From Candidatus Uhrbacteria bacterium (lineage in GTDB: Bacteria > Patescibacteriota > Patescibacteriia > SG8-24), in assembly GCA_016929435.1 (NCBI GenBank), contig JAFGIV010000013.1:15822-79821 (forward strand): a stretch of 64,000 bases of DNA. The letters are read 5' to 3'. Within the stretch, counting starts at the first letter, position 1. The number at the start of each line of letters is the position of its first letter. The position numbers were made by a program, and so were the translations under genes. The notes beneath the pieces are model-generated. The model had not been told where the DNA came from, did not search any database, and saw nothing but the letters and a program-made list of their open reading frames with translations. Positions 8,930-16,888 of this stretch are shown here, piece after piece.

Positions 8930-9858
8930 TGGGTAATAGGAAAATCGCCCCACCAAGTCGGGGTGATTTTTTAGACGGTTGAGCGGAAAATTGGCACGGT
9001 TTGGGGGAATAGGAAAATCATCCCGCCAAACTATGACAAACCCGGTCATCTGCCCGCACTGCGGGAGCGACGAATTCTGGGCCGTGAGGGGCCACGCGCT
9101 GAAGTGCTCAGCGTGCCGCGTCGAGCGCGTCGCGATACCCGCAAGGCCCGTCACGGGCTTCGCCCTGACGCGGCGCGGCTGGCTGTCGGCGATCGACTGC
9201 CTGCTCCGCGACGGAACCGGCACGGCAATGGCGCTGGAGCTTGGGATGGCGGAGCGGACGGCGTACAAGGTCATCGCCGCGCTCCAGCGCGCGATGTGCG
9301 GGGACGCGCCCGTGCGGCTGCGCGGCGCGCGCGAGGCGGACGCCACGTACGTCGGCGGCGATTGGGCGAACAAGCGCGTACACATTCGCGCCAAGGGCAC
9401 CAAGAGGGGCCGGGGCACAAGCAAACGGTGCGTGTTCGGGGTCGTGCAGCGACGTGGGCCGGTCATCGTCTGGGCGGTGCCGGGCGAGCGCCGCGAGGTA
9501 GTCGGGCCCCTGATTGCGGCGGCGGTCGAGCCGGGTGCGACCGTGTGCACCGACGAGTGCGGGGCGTACGGGCACCTCGCCGAGCTCGGCTTCGGGCACG
9601 AGACGGTCAACCACGGCGCGGGCGAGTACGCACGCGGCGACGTCCACACGCAGACGCTCGACGGATACTGGGGCCGGCTCAAGAATTTCCTCGCCGCAAA
9701 GGGCGGCGTCCAGCCGCAGCACCTCATGAGGTTCGTCGGCGAGCACTCGTGGCGCTACAACAACAGGGGCCTGTCCCGGAAGGAACAGGCCCTGAAGCTG
9801 TACGGGCTATTGGTGCAAAAGTGAAAAATTGGTGGGATTTGTTTCCTATTACCCAAAA
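8930..9858 (+). mobile_element. IS1595-family insertion sequence (about 0.93 kb) with about 13-bp terminal inverted repeats
   Basis: Left end GGGTAATAGGAAA (8932-8944) and right end TTTCCTATTACCC (9842-9854) are inverted repeats. A single transposase ORF lies inside. The interior is visibly much more GC-rich than the flanks. A second near-copy of the left IR (ggaataggaaaatc, about 9007-9020) makes the exact left boundary ambiguous. Confidence 0.6.
9033..9824 (+). CDS. IS1595-family (ISXO2-like DDE) transposase with N-terminal zinc ribbon
   Basis: N-terminal CPHCGS...CSAC zinc ribbon followed by a DDE region (ADATYVGGD..., VCTDECGAYGHL, HETVNHG, WRYNNR), typical of DDE_Tnp_IS1595. The six-frame ORF starts at 8979 (TTG); ATG at 9033 preferred. 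Confidence 0.75.
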   Translation: MTNPVICPHCGSDEFWAVRGHALKCSACRVERVAIPARPVTGFALTRRGWLSAIDCLLRDGTGTAMALELGMAERTAYKVIAALQRAMCGDAPVRLRGAREADATYVGGDWANKRVHIRAKGTKRGRGTSKRCVFGVVQRRGPVIVWAVPGERREVVGPLIAAAVEPGATVCTDECGAYGHLAELGFGHETVNHGAGEYARGDVHTQTLDGYWGRLKNFLAAKGGVQPQHLMRFVGEHSWRYNNRGLSRKEQALKLYGLLVQK

Positions 9859-9859
9859 T

Positions 9860-9886
9860 TTAAGCTGGGGACTGTCCCCAGCTTAA
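9860..9886. repeat. REP-like palindrome copy (ttaagctggggactgtccccagcttaa)
   Basis: Perfect 27-bp palindrome. Member of the GGGGAC-N-GTCCCC family seen at eight other sites; abuts the IS right end. Confidence 0.7.
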
Positions 9887-9902
9887 AAAATTAAAATCAG
9901 TT

Positions 9903-10232
9903 TCAGTCTTCCCACAGGTTTAATGCAATCATCACTCTCGGTTCTGCCTTGACCCCATATTTCTCCAGCCAGCGGATGAATCTGTCTCGGACGGTCGTCG
10001 CCCGTTCTCGAATTTTTTCCGGATTCAGCTCGCCGAACCACTGAATCTGGTCAAGGGCCACGCCGATCCCGGTCAGGCCGTATTCTGTCCTGGTGCCTGA
10101 CCATTGCGGGACTATTTTTAGCCCTTCAAATTCGTGGGTATTTTCGGCAATTTTTTCCAGTTCCGTGCCGGCGAATCTATCCGGGGTAATTCCCAGATAG
10201 ACGATCCCATACACCTCGCAGTTTTCTGTCAT
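9903..10232 (-). CDS. Hypothetical protein (109 aa)
   Basis: Intact ORF in lower-GC DNA adjacent to the IS; no recognisable motif. Confidence 0.35.
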   Translation of the reverse strand: MTENCEVYGIVYLGITPDRFAGTELEKIAENTHEFEGLKIVPQWSGTRTEYGLTGIGVALDQIQWFGELNPEKIRERATTVRDRFIRWLEKYGVKAEPRVMIALNLWED

Positions 10233-10349
10233 TTACCCTCCTTTTTGGGTTTTTAAGGAAGGGATGACATTAACAGGCTTTAGTCGGCCTGTCAAGGGAC
10301 GGGATTCAAAAAAAGAGGGGCAGGTTTGCCCCTCAAGAAATCAGGTTGC

Positions 10350-10640
10350 CTATTTTTTGCTTGCGGCCATGACGGCTATTTTTCGGATATCGCTGACATG
10401 TCCTTCGCACATCAGCGAAACCTTAAGTGCCTTGTCCGTTTCCCTGTCGAAAAAGGCATAGAGCCCGTCCTCATCAACGGAAAGGACCAGCACCGGTTTC
10501 GGCAATGCCCTGTCTTTCGTCCAGACATACACCGTTTGCCCGATTAGCCCATGCAGCCTCTTGGCAAAGGATCGATCTTTCGGACTCAAGTCCGGACTCG
10601 TTTCGAATTTTCGCCCCTCGTCGTTTTTTACGCTTTCCAT
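10350..10640 (-). CDS. Hypothetical protein (96 aa)
   Basis: Intact ORF co-directional with 9903-10232; no recognisable motif. Confidence 0.3.
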   Translation of the reverse strand: MESVKNDEGRKFETSPDLSPKDRSFAKRLHGLIGQTVYVWTKDRALPKPVLVLSVDEDGLYAFFDRETDKALKVSLMCEGHVSDIRKIAVMAASKK

Positions 10641-10756
10641 CCACTATCCCTTTCCTTTCCTTCAGCATACCATGGGGTGAAACAAGCGGAAATGTCCGCA
10701 AAATGATATATTAAGACAATAACCGTCAGGAATCACCCGTTAACCGCACGTAAGAT

Positions 10757-11497
10757 ATGGAAAAAACCGATAGGCGTCCGGCCGCCAAAAAGGCCGTGAC
10801 CGGGAAGCCGGTCAGGAAGTCCGCCGCCAAGAAGGCCACGGCCAAGAAGACTGCGGCCAAAAAGCCGGCTGGGAAAGAGAAGGGCGCCAGCCGGGAGATC
10901 ACCGTCCATCTCGGGAAGAAGGGCATCAAATTCGATGTCGTGGAGCACCGGAAGGTCTTCACTGCCTACGACTTGGCCCAGACCCTGGGAACCAAACTGG
11001 ACGACATCGCCAAGACCCTGTTGGTTGAGGTGGAGCTGCCTGAATTGGGGAAGAAAAAAAGGGGCCATTATGTCGTCGTCCTGTCGGCATCATACCGGCT
11101 TAACCTGGAAAAACTGAAGAAAGCCCTGAAGGCGTCCAAAATCGGCATTGCCACGGAAAAGGCGATGCTCAAGTTGGGCATGGCCCCCGGGGCGCTCACC
11201 CCGTTCGGAAGCCTGCGGAATTTCGGGGTGGTCGTGGACAGGAACCTGCTTCGGACCCAGAAGGTGCTGGTGGGTGCGGAGAGCTTCATCGAATCCTTGC
11301 GGATGCGGACGAGGGACCTGGTGAAGTCCGAAGGGGCGACCGTCGGCCTGATCGGAGACAGGGCCAAGCTGAAGCTACAGAGGAAACCGGTCAGGAAGCC
11401 GTCCAAAAGCCGTCCGAAGAAATTGGCCAAGAAGGCCGCCGGGAAAACGGTAGGGAAGGCCGTTAAGAATATCAAAAAAGCCGGTAAGAAAAAATAG
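10757..11497 (+). CDS. YbaK/ProX-like aminoacyl-tRNA trans-editing deacylase domain flanked by Lys/Ala-rich (histone-H1-like) N- and C-terminal tails
   Basis: Core KTLLVEV...YVVVLSASYRLNLEKLKKALKASKIGIATEKAMLKLGMAPGALTPFG resembles the YbaK/ProX fold. Tails: AKKAVTGKPVRKSAAKKATAKKTAAKKPAGK and KPVRKPSKSRPKKLAKKAAGKTVGKAVKNIKKAGKKK. Confidence 0.6.
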   Translation: MEKTDRRPAAKKAVTGKPVRKSAAKKATAKKTAAKKPAGKEKGASREITVHLGKKGIKFDVVEHRKVFTAYDLAQTLGTKLDDIAKTLLVEVELPELGKKKRGHYVVVLSASYRLNLEKLKKALKASKIGIATEKAMLKLGMAPGALTPFGSLRNFGVVVDRNLLRTQKVLVGAESFIESLRMRTRDLVKSEGATVGLIGDRAKLKLQRKPVRKPSKSRPKKLAKKAAGKTVGKAVKNIKKAGKKK

Positions 11498-11764
11498 CTA
11501 AATATAGCAAAAAAAATCGTTCGGGTAATGTCGGGCGATTTTTTGTTGTAAAATCGGACAGCCCGGCGGTCCGGACCGTTGGCGACCCCCATTGTCCCGC
11601 CCCCAATTATCCAAAGGATTCAGAGGCCCCCTAAAGGGGGCCGGGCCGTCCCTTCCGTTTATTCGGGGCTGCGCTATTTTATCCCCACACCGACGGTGCA
11701 TGATTACGCCTTATTTGATATGTTAATGAGGTCGTGTTTTTGGGTAGGTTTTTAACTGGAGACC

Positions 11765-12493
11765 ATGGCCTACGCCGTGAAAATAGAACAGTTTGAGGGA
11801 CCGCTGCAGCTCCTGCTCGAGATGATCGAGCAGGAGAAACTTGACATTTCCCAAGTGTCATTGGCCAAGGTGACTGACGGTTACCTTCGGTTTTTGGACG
11901 AGAATCCGGGCATTCCGGCCGAGGAACTGGCCGATTTTCTGGTCATCGCCTCCAAGCTGCTGCTGATCAAGTCCCGGTTGCTGCTGCCGTTCCTGTCCGT
12001 GGGGGAGGAGGAGCCGGAAGGCGACCTTGAATCCCAGCTGAAGATATACAGGGAGTATCTGGAGGCCTCCAAAACCATCGAGCAGATGATCGGCAGGCGA
12101 CGGTTCCTGTATGTCCACGACAGGCTGCCGAAGGTGGAGACCGGTTTTGCGCCGCCGAAGAGGCTGACCGTCGGACAGATGAGGGAACTTTTCGTGACGG
12201 TCATCCGGAGGTTGGATGAGGTTGTAAGGCTGCCCAAGGCCATCATCGAGCGGACCGTCTCCATACACGAGAAGATCGGCCATATCCGAGCCCTGATCGC
12301 CCGGGTGGAGAGGGTCAGTTTCCGGAAGCTGATCCAGTCCGCCGAATCGCGGACCGAGATCGTCGTCAGTTTTTTGGCCCTTCTGGAGCTGATCAAGCAG
12401 CGTCAGGTCACGGTCAGTCAGGACGGGGTATTCGACGACATTACCATCAACCGTCTGGAAGGCGGGGATGGGGAAAAGATCAATCAAGAATAG
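11765..12493 (+). CDS. scpA: Segregation and condensation protein A
   Basis: Kleisin ScpA-like N-terminus (FEGPLQLLLEMIEQEKLDISQVSLAKVTDGYL); followed by scpB. Confidence 0.8.
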   Translation: MAYAVKIEQFEGPLQLLLEMIEQEKLDISQVSLAKVTDGYLRFLDENPGIPAEELADFLVIASKLLLIKSRLLLPFLSVGEEEPEGDLESQLKIYREYLEASKTIEQMIGRRRFLYVHDRLPKVETGFAPPKRLTVGQMRELFVTVIRRLDEVVRLPKAIIERTVSIHEKIGHIRALIARVERVSFRKLIQSAESRTEIVVSFLALLELIKQRQVTVSQDGVFDDITINRLEGGDGEKINQE

Positions 12494-12499
12494 AGCCTT

Positions 12500-13138
12500 A
12501 TGCTGAAAGCCAAGATAGAGAGTCTCCTGTTCATCGCCAATCGGCCCATGACCGTCGCCAAGCTGGCGGAGGTATTGGGGACCAAGAGGGATCAGGTGGA
12601 GGAGGCGATTGCGGGACTGGCGGAAAAGTACGATTCCGCGGACAGCGGCATCCGTATTCTGCGCAACGCCGATTCGGTCCAGATGTCCACTGCCCCGGAG
12701 ACGGCCGCCACGATTCAGGAGTTCCTGAAGGACGAAACGACCGGGGAGATGACCCGACCGTCCCTGGAGACGCTGACGATCGTCGCCTACCGCGGGCCGA
12801 TCGCCAAGGCCGAGCTGGAGGAGATCCGCGGGGTCAACTGCAGCCTGATCCTGCGTAACCTGATGTTGCGCGGGCTGGTGGAGGCCAAGGGCGAACCGGG
12901 AAACCCGGGAACCACCTACGGCGTGACCATGGATTTTTTGAGGTTTTTGGGCGTTTCGGAGGTTACGGAGCTGCCGGATTACGGAAAGCTGAATTCGCAC
13001 GAGAACGTCATCAGGGTTCTGGAAAGGGCAACCGAGGAAAAGGCGGCGGCCGAGTCCGTCCGGGCGGACGGTGATTCCGGCATTGCGGACGGCGGACCGG
13101 AAACGGGGACGGAGGGAACCGAAACGGCTAGCGCCTGA
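12500..13138 (+). CDS. scpB: Segregation and condensation protein B
   Basis: Tandem winged-helix ScpB pattern (IESLLFIANRPMTVAKLAEVLG...IVAYRGPIAKAELEEIRGV). Confidence 0.8.
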   Translation: MLKAKIESLLFIANRPMTVAKLAEVLGTKRDQVEEAIAGLAEKYDSADSGIRILRNADSVQMSTAPETAATIQEFLKDETTGEMTRPSLETLTIVAYRGPIAKAELEEIRGVNCSLILRNLMLRGLVEAKGEPGNPGTTYGVTMDFLRFLGVSEVTELPDYGKLNSHENVIRVLERATEEKAAAESVRADGDSGIADGGPETGTEGTETASA

Positions 13139-13143
13139 TCGCC

Positions 13144-14100
13144 ATGTTCAGCCTCATTTTCGCCCTGGCCCTCTATTCCCTTACGGGTTCGGTCAACCTG
13201 ATTCCGGCCGTTTCCGGATCCGGCCCCGCCCTTCCGCAGGCCGAATCGCCCCGCCGGTACCTGGAGATAGCCTCGTCCGCCGCTCCGCTTTCCGTTACGT
13301 CCGTTAGTGGTCCTGTGAAGAGGGATGCCTCCAGGTTGGGGGTGGAGACGGATTCCAGGGCCGTAGCCGTGATGGATTGGGAAAGCGGCCGCATGCTTTT
13401 CTCCAAGAACGCCGAGGAGCCGATGCCGATCGCCTCCATCACGAAACTGATGAGCGCCCTGGTCTTTCTGGAAAACGAACCGGATTGGGGAAGGGAGATG
13501 ACCATCGTCAGGGAAGACGACCGGGTCGGAGACCTGCCGGTCATCAGGCCCGGAGACCGGGTGACCGTTGAGAACCTTTTCAACCTTAGCCTGGTCTCGT
13601 CGTCCAATGACGCCACGGTTGCCCTGGCCCGTTCCACCGGAATGTCCCAGGAGGAGTTCGCCCGGGAGATGGACCGGATGGGCAGCCGGATCGGGTTGGC
13701 CGGACACGGGTTTGTGGAACCGACCGGGTTGGATTCGGGAAACCGGGCCACGGCCGCCGATGTCGCCAGGCTGGTCAAGCGGGCCCTATCCGACGAGCGG
13801 ATCAGTAAGGCGGTGTTGAGCGGCTCGTATGAGTTCGAGACGTTGGACGGGGATCGCCGCCGGGTATGGAATACCGACCAGCTTCTCGACAGTTTCCTGA
13901 CCAGGTCGCCGTATTCCTTCCACGGCGGAAAGACCGGATACATCAGCCAGGCCGGATACTGTTTCGGGGCGGCGGCCAGCAACGGCAGCGGTAACCGGGT
14001 GATTGCCGTGGTTTTGGGGGCCAACACCAAGGAGAGCCGCTTTACGGAGGTCAAGCGGCTGTTGTGGTGGGCTTTTGATGCCTGGGACTGGGGCGTATGA
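13144..14100 (+). CDS. Serine-type D-Ala-D-Ala carboxypeptidase (PBP5/S11-like)
   Basis: Signal peptide; SxxK (SITK), SxN (SSSN) and KTG (GGKTGY) motifs in the correct order. Confidence 0.75.
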   Translation: MFSLIFALALYSLTGSVNLIPAVSGSGPALPQAESPRRYLEIASSAAPLSVTSVSGPVKRDASRLGVETDSRAVAVMDWESGRMLFSKNAEEPMPIASITKLMSALVFLENEPDWGREMTIVREDDRVGDLPVIRPGDRVTVENLFNLSLVSSSNDATVALARSTGMSQEEFAREMDRMGSRIGLAGHGFVEPTGLDSGNRATAADVARLVKRALSDERISKAVLSGSYEFETLDGDRRRVWNTDQLLDSFLTRSPYSFHGGKTGYISQAGYCFGAAASNGSGNRVIAVVLGANTKESRFTEVKRLLWWAFDAWDWGV

Positions 14101-15341
14101 GGATCGGGATAGACGGGCGGACCATGCTCAACTGGCGAGGCGGGGAGGGGGCGGGGATCGGCCACTATACCTTCCTGCTGGTCAGGAGCCTGCTGAAGGT
14201 CGACAGGGAAAACGAGTATGTCCTGTTCCTGGACCGCCACATCAGCGGCCAGATCCAGAAGGAGTGCGTCGGAGACAACCCTCGGGTTTCCATCCGGAAT
14301 TTCCCTTTCCGCAACGCCGGTAGGGCCCTGCCGTTCATTTACAGCCACATGGTGGTTTCGGCGGCCTTTGAGAAGGCCAACCTGGACATCCTGCATTCCC
14401 CGGCCAATTCCCTGCCGTTGTTTTACCGGAAGCCGTCGGTCATCACGGTCCATGATTTGGCGATATACGACCACCCGGAGTGGTTCCCGTCCCCGTTTCC
14501 CCATTCCCTTGGCTTTTCCGAGAGGATCGTCGTGCCGTATTCGGTCAGGCAGGCCAGACGGGTAATTGCCGTTTCGAAACAGACCAAATCCGACCTGATC
14601 CGCGTTTTCGGCATGCCTGAAGGGAAGATCGACGTCATTTATGAGGGGGCAGGGATGCCTAAGGGGAACGGGGGGAATGCGGTAATGGACCGTTACGGAC
14701 TGACCGCAGGGCGATACTTCCTTTTTTTGGGGACTTTGGAGCCGAGAAAGAACATACCGTCCGCCATCCAGGCCTTTTCGGATTTCGTCAGGGAGGATCC
14801 GAAGGGCCGGTTCGGGTTCGAACTCGTCATTGCCGGAAGGCGGGGATGGAAATACGAGCCGATTTTCGAGGCCATGACCAGGGCCAACCTGGAAATCAAC
14901 CGGATTTGCGGCGACCGGGAACCTGTGGAGCGGGTTCGGCATATCGGATATGTCCGGCGGGAGGACAAGGCCGGACTGATCCGGAATGCCGTCGCCTTCG
15001 TCTTCCCGTCTTTCTACGAGGGTTTCGGACTTCCGGTGATCGAGGCCATGGGCCTGGGAGTGCCGGTCATCGCCTCCAATCGGGCCTCCTTGCCGGAGAT
15101 TTGCGGACAGGCCTGCATCCTGACGGAACCGGAAGACTGTTCGGCCATGGCCGATGCGATGGGGAGGCTTGTCTCGGATGGGGGGGGTGCGGAAGATTGG
15201 GGGGAAAGGGGCAGGGTTCAGGCCCAGAAGTTCGATTGGGACCGGTCGGCCGCTGAAACCCTGTCGGTCTACAGGAAGGCCCTGGAAGAGCCGGTAACGG
15301 ATGACGGCGACATGCCCATTGACAGGGTTTTCGGAATGTAA
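14097..15341 (+). CDS. Glycosyltransferase family 4 (GT-B fold)
   Basis: C-terminal EGFGLPVIEAMGLGVPVIASNRASLPEICG (EX7E-type GT4 motif). ATGA overlap with the upstream gene. Confidence 0.8.
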   Translation: MRIGIDGRTMLNWRGGEGAGIGHYTFLLVRSLLKVDRENEYVLFLDRHISGQIQKECVGDNPRVSIRNFPFRNAGRALPFIYSHMVVSAAFEKANLDILHSPANSLPLFYRKPSVITVHDLAIYDHPEWFPSPFPHSLGFSERIVVPYSVRQARRVIAVSKQTKSDLIRVFGMPEGKIDVIYEGAGMPKGNGGNAVMDRYGLTAGRYFLFLGTLEPRKNIPSAIQAFSDFVREDPKGRFGFELVIAGRRGWKYEPIFEAMTRANLEINRICGDREPVERVRHIGYVRREDKAGLIRNAVAFVFPSFYEGFGLPVIEAMGLGVPVIASNRASLPEICGQACILTEPEDCSAMADAMGRLVSDGGGAEDWGERGRVQAQKFDWDRSAAETLSVYRKALEEPVTDDGDMPIDRVFGM

Positions 15342-15365
15342 TATTCTAATTCAGTGGAATGGTGG

Positions 15366-15440
15366 CGCGGGGTGGAGAAGTGGCATCTCGCAGGGCCCAT
15401 AACCCTGAGGTCGCAGGTTCGAATCCTGCCCCCGCAACCA
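15366..15440 (+). tRNA. Initiator tRNA-fMet (anticodon CAT)
   Basis: Cloverleaf with anticodon loop cccataa. Three consecutive G-C pairs close the anticodon stem (caGGG/CCCtg). C1-A72 mismatch at the acceptor-stem end. Ends in CCA. These are bacterial initiator hallmarks. Confidence 0.8.
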
Positions 15441-15442
15441 AA

Positions 15443-15473
15443 AATACCCGATCTGACGATCGGGTATTTTTGT
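15443..15473 (+). terminator. Intrinsic terminator after tRNA-fMet
   Basis: tacccgatc-tgac-gatcgggta followed by a T-tract. Confidence 0.5.
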
Positions 15474-15568
15474 ATGTCGAGACACGGGCGGTGCAACTTT
15501 TTGGAACATCACCTTCACCGCTTTCGACTTGCCAAAAACATCCGAATGCGCTATCTTTCTATTCGTGT

Positions 15569-15645
15569 GGCGAGGTAGCTCAGTTGGTTAGAGCGAGGGA
15601 CTCATAAGCCCTAGGTCGTCGGTTCAATTCCGACCCTCGCTACCA
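15569..15645 (+). tRNA. tRNA with CAT anticodon (elongator Met or lysidine-modified Ile2)
   Basis: Canonical D arm (tagctcagttggttagagc), anticodon loop ctcataa, T arm ggttcaattcc, CCA end. Followed by the hairpin aacccgag-ttta-tctcgggtt. Confidence 0.8.
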
Positions 15646-15704
15646 AAGGAACCCGAGTTTATCTCGGGTTTCTTTGCTGGAACGGATTATCAATAAATAA
15701 GCCT

Positions 15705-15950
15705 ATGTCGTTTGGGGAATCGCGGGCGAGATCGCTGGTCAAGGCAATCGTCTTTCGTGTTGTCGCCGTCCTGGCGGACCTGGTCTTGGCGTTCGTCTTC
15801 ACCAGGAAATGGAATCTGACCGTGGCACTTACCCTGACAGCGAACCTGGTCAGGTTTGTCCTGTATTTTGCCCACGAGAGGATATGGGATCGGGTGAACT
15901 ACGGGCGGAAAGAGGGGTTTTTTGCGGGTAGGGGTCGGAAAATCAGGTGA
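15705..15950 (+). CDS. DUF2061-like small membrane protein
   Basis: 81 aa, two TM helices; KAIVFRVVAVLADLVLAFVFT...LVRFVLYFAHERIW pattern typical of DUF2061. Confidence 0.5.
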   Translation: MSFGESRARSLVKAIVFRVVAVLADLVLAFVFTRKWNLTVALTLTANLVRFVLYFAHERIWDRVNYGRKEGFFAGRGRKIR

Positions 15951-16012
15951 CAGGGTAAAAAGAAAACCCCGCTTTTGGGCGTGGTTTGCCTTGCCTTATC
16001 TTGGTCTCGGTG

Positions 16013-16240
16013 TCAGGCGGCTGCCGTCGCCTTGACGGTTTCCACCTTAATTTCCTTGATTAGGGTGCCGATGTTCCTGTGGAAACATTCGTGGCATACG
16101 GCTAACCGAAGAGGGGCCCCGTTTTCCCATTGGACGGAAATCAGGTAGGCTGTTTCCCCACCCTTAAATTCATGTACGCACCTATGGAGCCGTGATTGAC
16201 AGAAACGTATCTCATCGGCGTTATGTTTCTTTTTCCGCAT
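16013..16240 (-). CDS. Hypothetical small Cys/His-containing protein (75 aa)
   Basis: Intact ORF; C..RLHRC...CHECFH spacing suggests possible metal binding. AT-rich promoter-like DNA upstream. Confidence 0.3.
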   Translation of the reverse strand: MRKKKHNADEIRFCQSRLHRCVHEFKGGETAYLISVQWENGAPLRLAVCHECFHRNIGTLIKEIKVETVKATAAA

Positions 16241-16345
16241 AATTCAGCTAAAAAAACTGTTTATATTTCCTAACGCAATTTTAGATTAGCACAAGACGGC
16301 AGATTAATCAAGGGTTGTCCGCCTGAGCTGAAAAAGGTTGAGGTT

Positions 16346-16879
16346 ATGGCCTTATTTTGGTATGATCCAATTACCGATATGTATATGGTCGTCCATGCCG
16401 CTGTCGGGGCGGCTGCCGGTCAGGCAGTCGAACACGTGTCAGTGGCCTTTGTTTTGGGGGTAGTTTCCCACTTTTTCCTGGACATGATTCCTCATGGGGA
16501 TGAGAACCTGTACCAGGCCTACATCGGGGGCAAGGGCCTGAAAAAGGGCCTGCTTCATGTTGGTTTTGATGTCCTGGCCACCATTGTTTTTTGTACGGCT
16601 ATTTACCTTAACCGGGAAGTTTTTGTCGCGCCGAACGTCGTTTTTTGGGGCGTTGTCGGCGGCCTGATTCCGGATTTTCTCGTGGCCCTTTCCGGCATTT
16701 TTCGGCCACGCCGGAAAAGGGGGTTGGTTTGGAGGCTGGATCGGTATAATGCCTTTCACCGATGGAACCACTCCCTGCTGATGAGGAAATGGCGCTGTTT
16801 CCGGAAGGATGTTCCCTATGTTTTTGGGGCGGCTTACCAGGCGGTCATACTGGTGATTTTGGCGAAGATGATCCTGTAA
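16346..16879 (+). CDS. Membrane protein, possibly DUF457/YdjM-like membrane-bound metal-dependent hydrolase
   Basis: Multi-TM with a conserved HFFLDMIPHGDE motif; weak family assignment. Confidence 0.35.
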   Translation: MALFWYDPITDMYMVVHAAVGAAAGQAVEHVSVAFVLGVVSHFFLDMIPHGDENLYQAYIGGKGLKKGLLHVGFDVLATIVFCTAIYLNREVFVAPNVVFWGVVGGLIPDFLVALSGIFRPRRKRGLVWRLDRYNAFHRWNHSLLMRKWRCFRKDVPYVFGAAYQAVILVILAKMIL

Positions 16880-16888
16880 TAAAAGATT

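Noticed and set aside
9104-9886. 260-aa Arg-rich ORF in an alternative frame across the IS transposase
   Set aside because: Overlaps the well-supported DDE transposase frame. The composition (RRRRLGEQART...) is the GC-rich frame artefact.
11497-11765. Possible riboswitch in the 270-bp intergenic region before scpA (hairpin ggccccctaaagggggcc)
   Set aside because: Only an isolated hairpin could be recognised. No known riboswitch consensus could be matched by eye.
15366-15440. Considered a tmRNA/tRNA-like element or pseudo-tRNA because of the short 7-nt D-loop
   Set aside because: A full cloverleaf with CAT anticodon, T-loop TTCGAAT and CCA end can be drawn. The features fit initiator tRNA.
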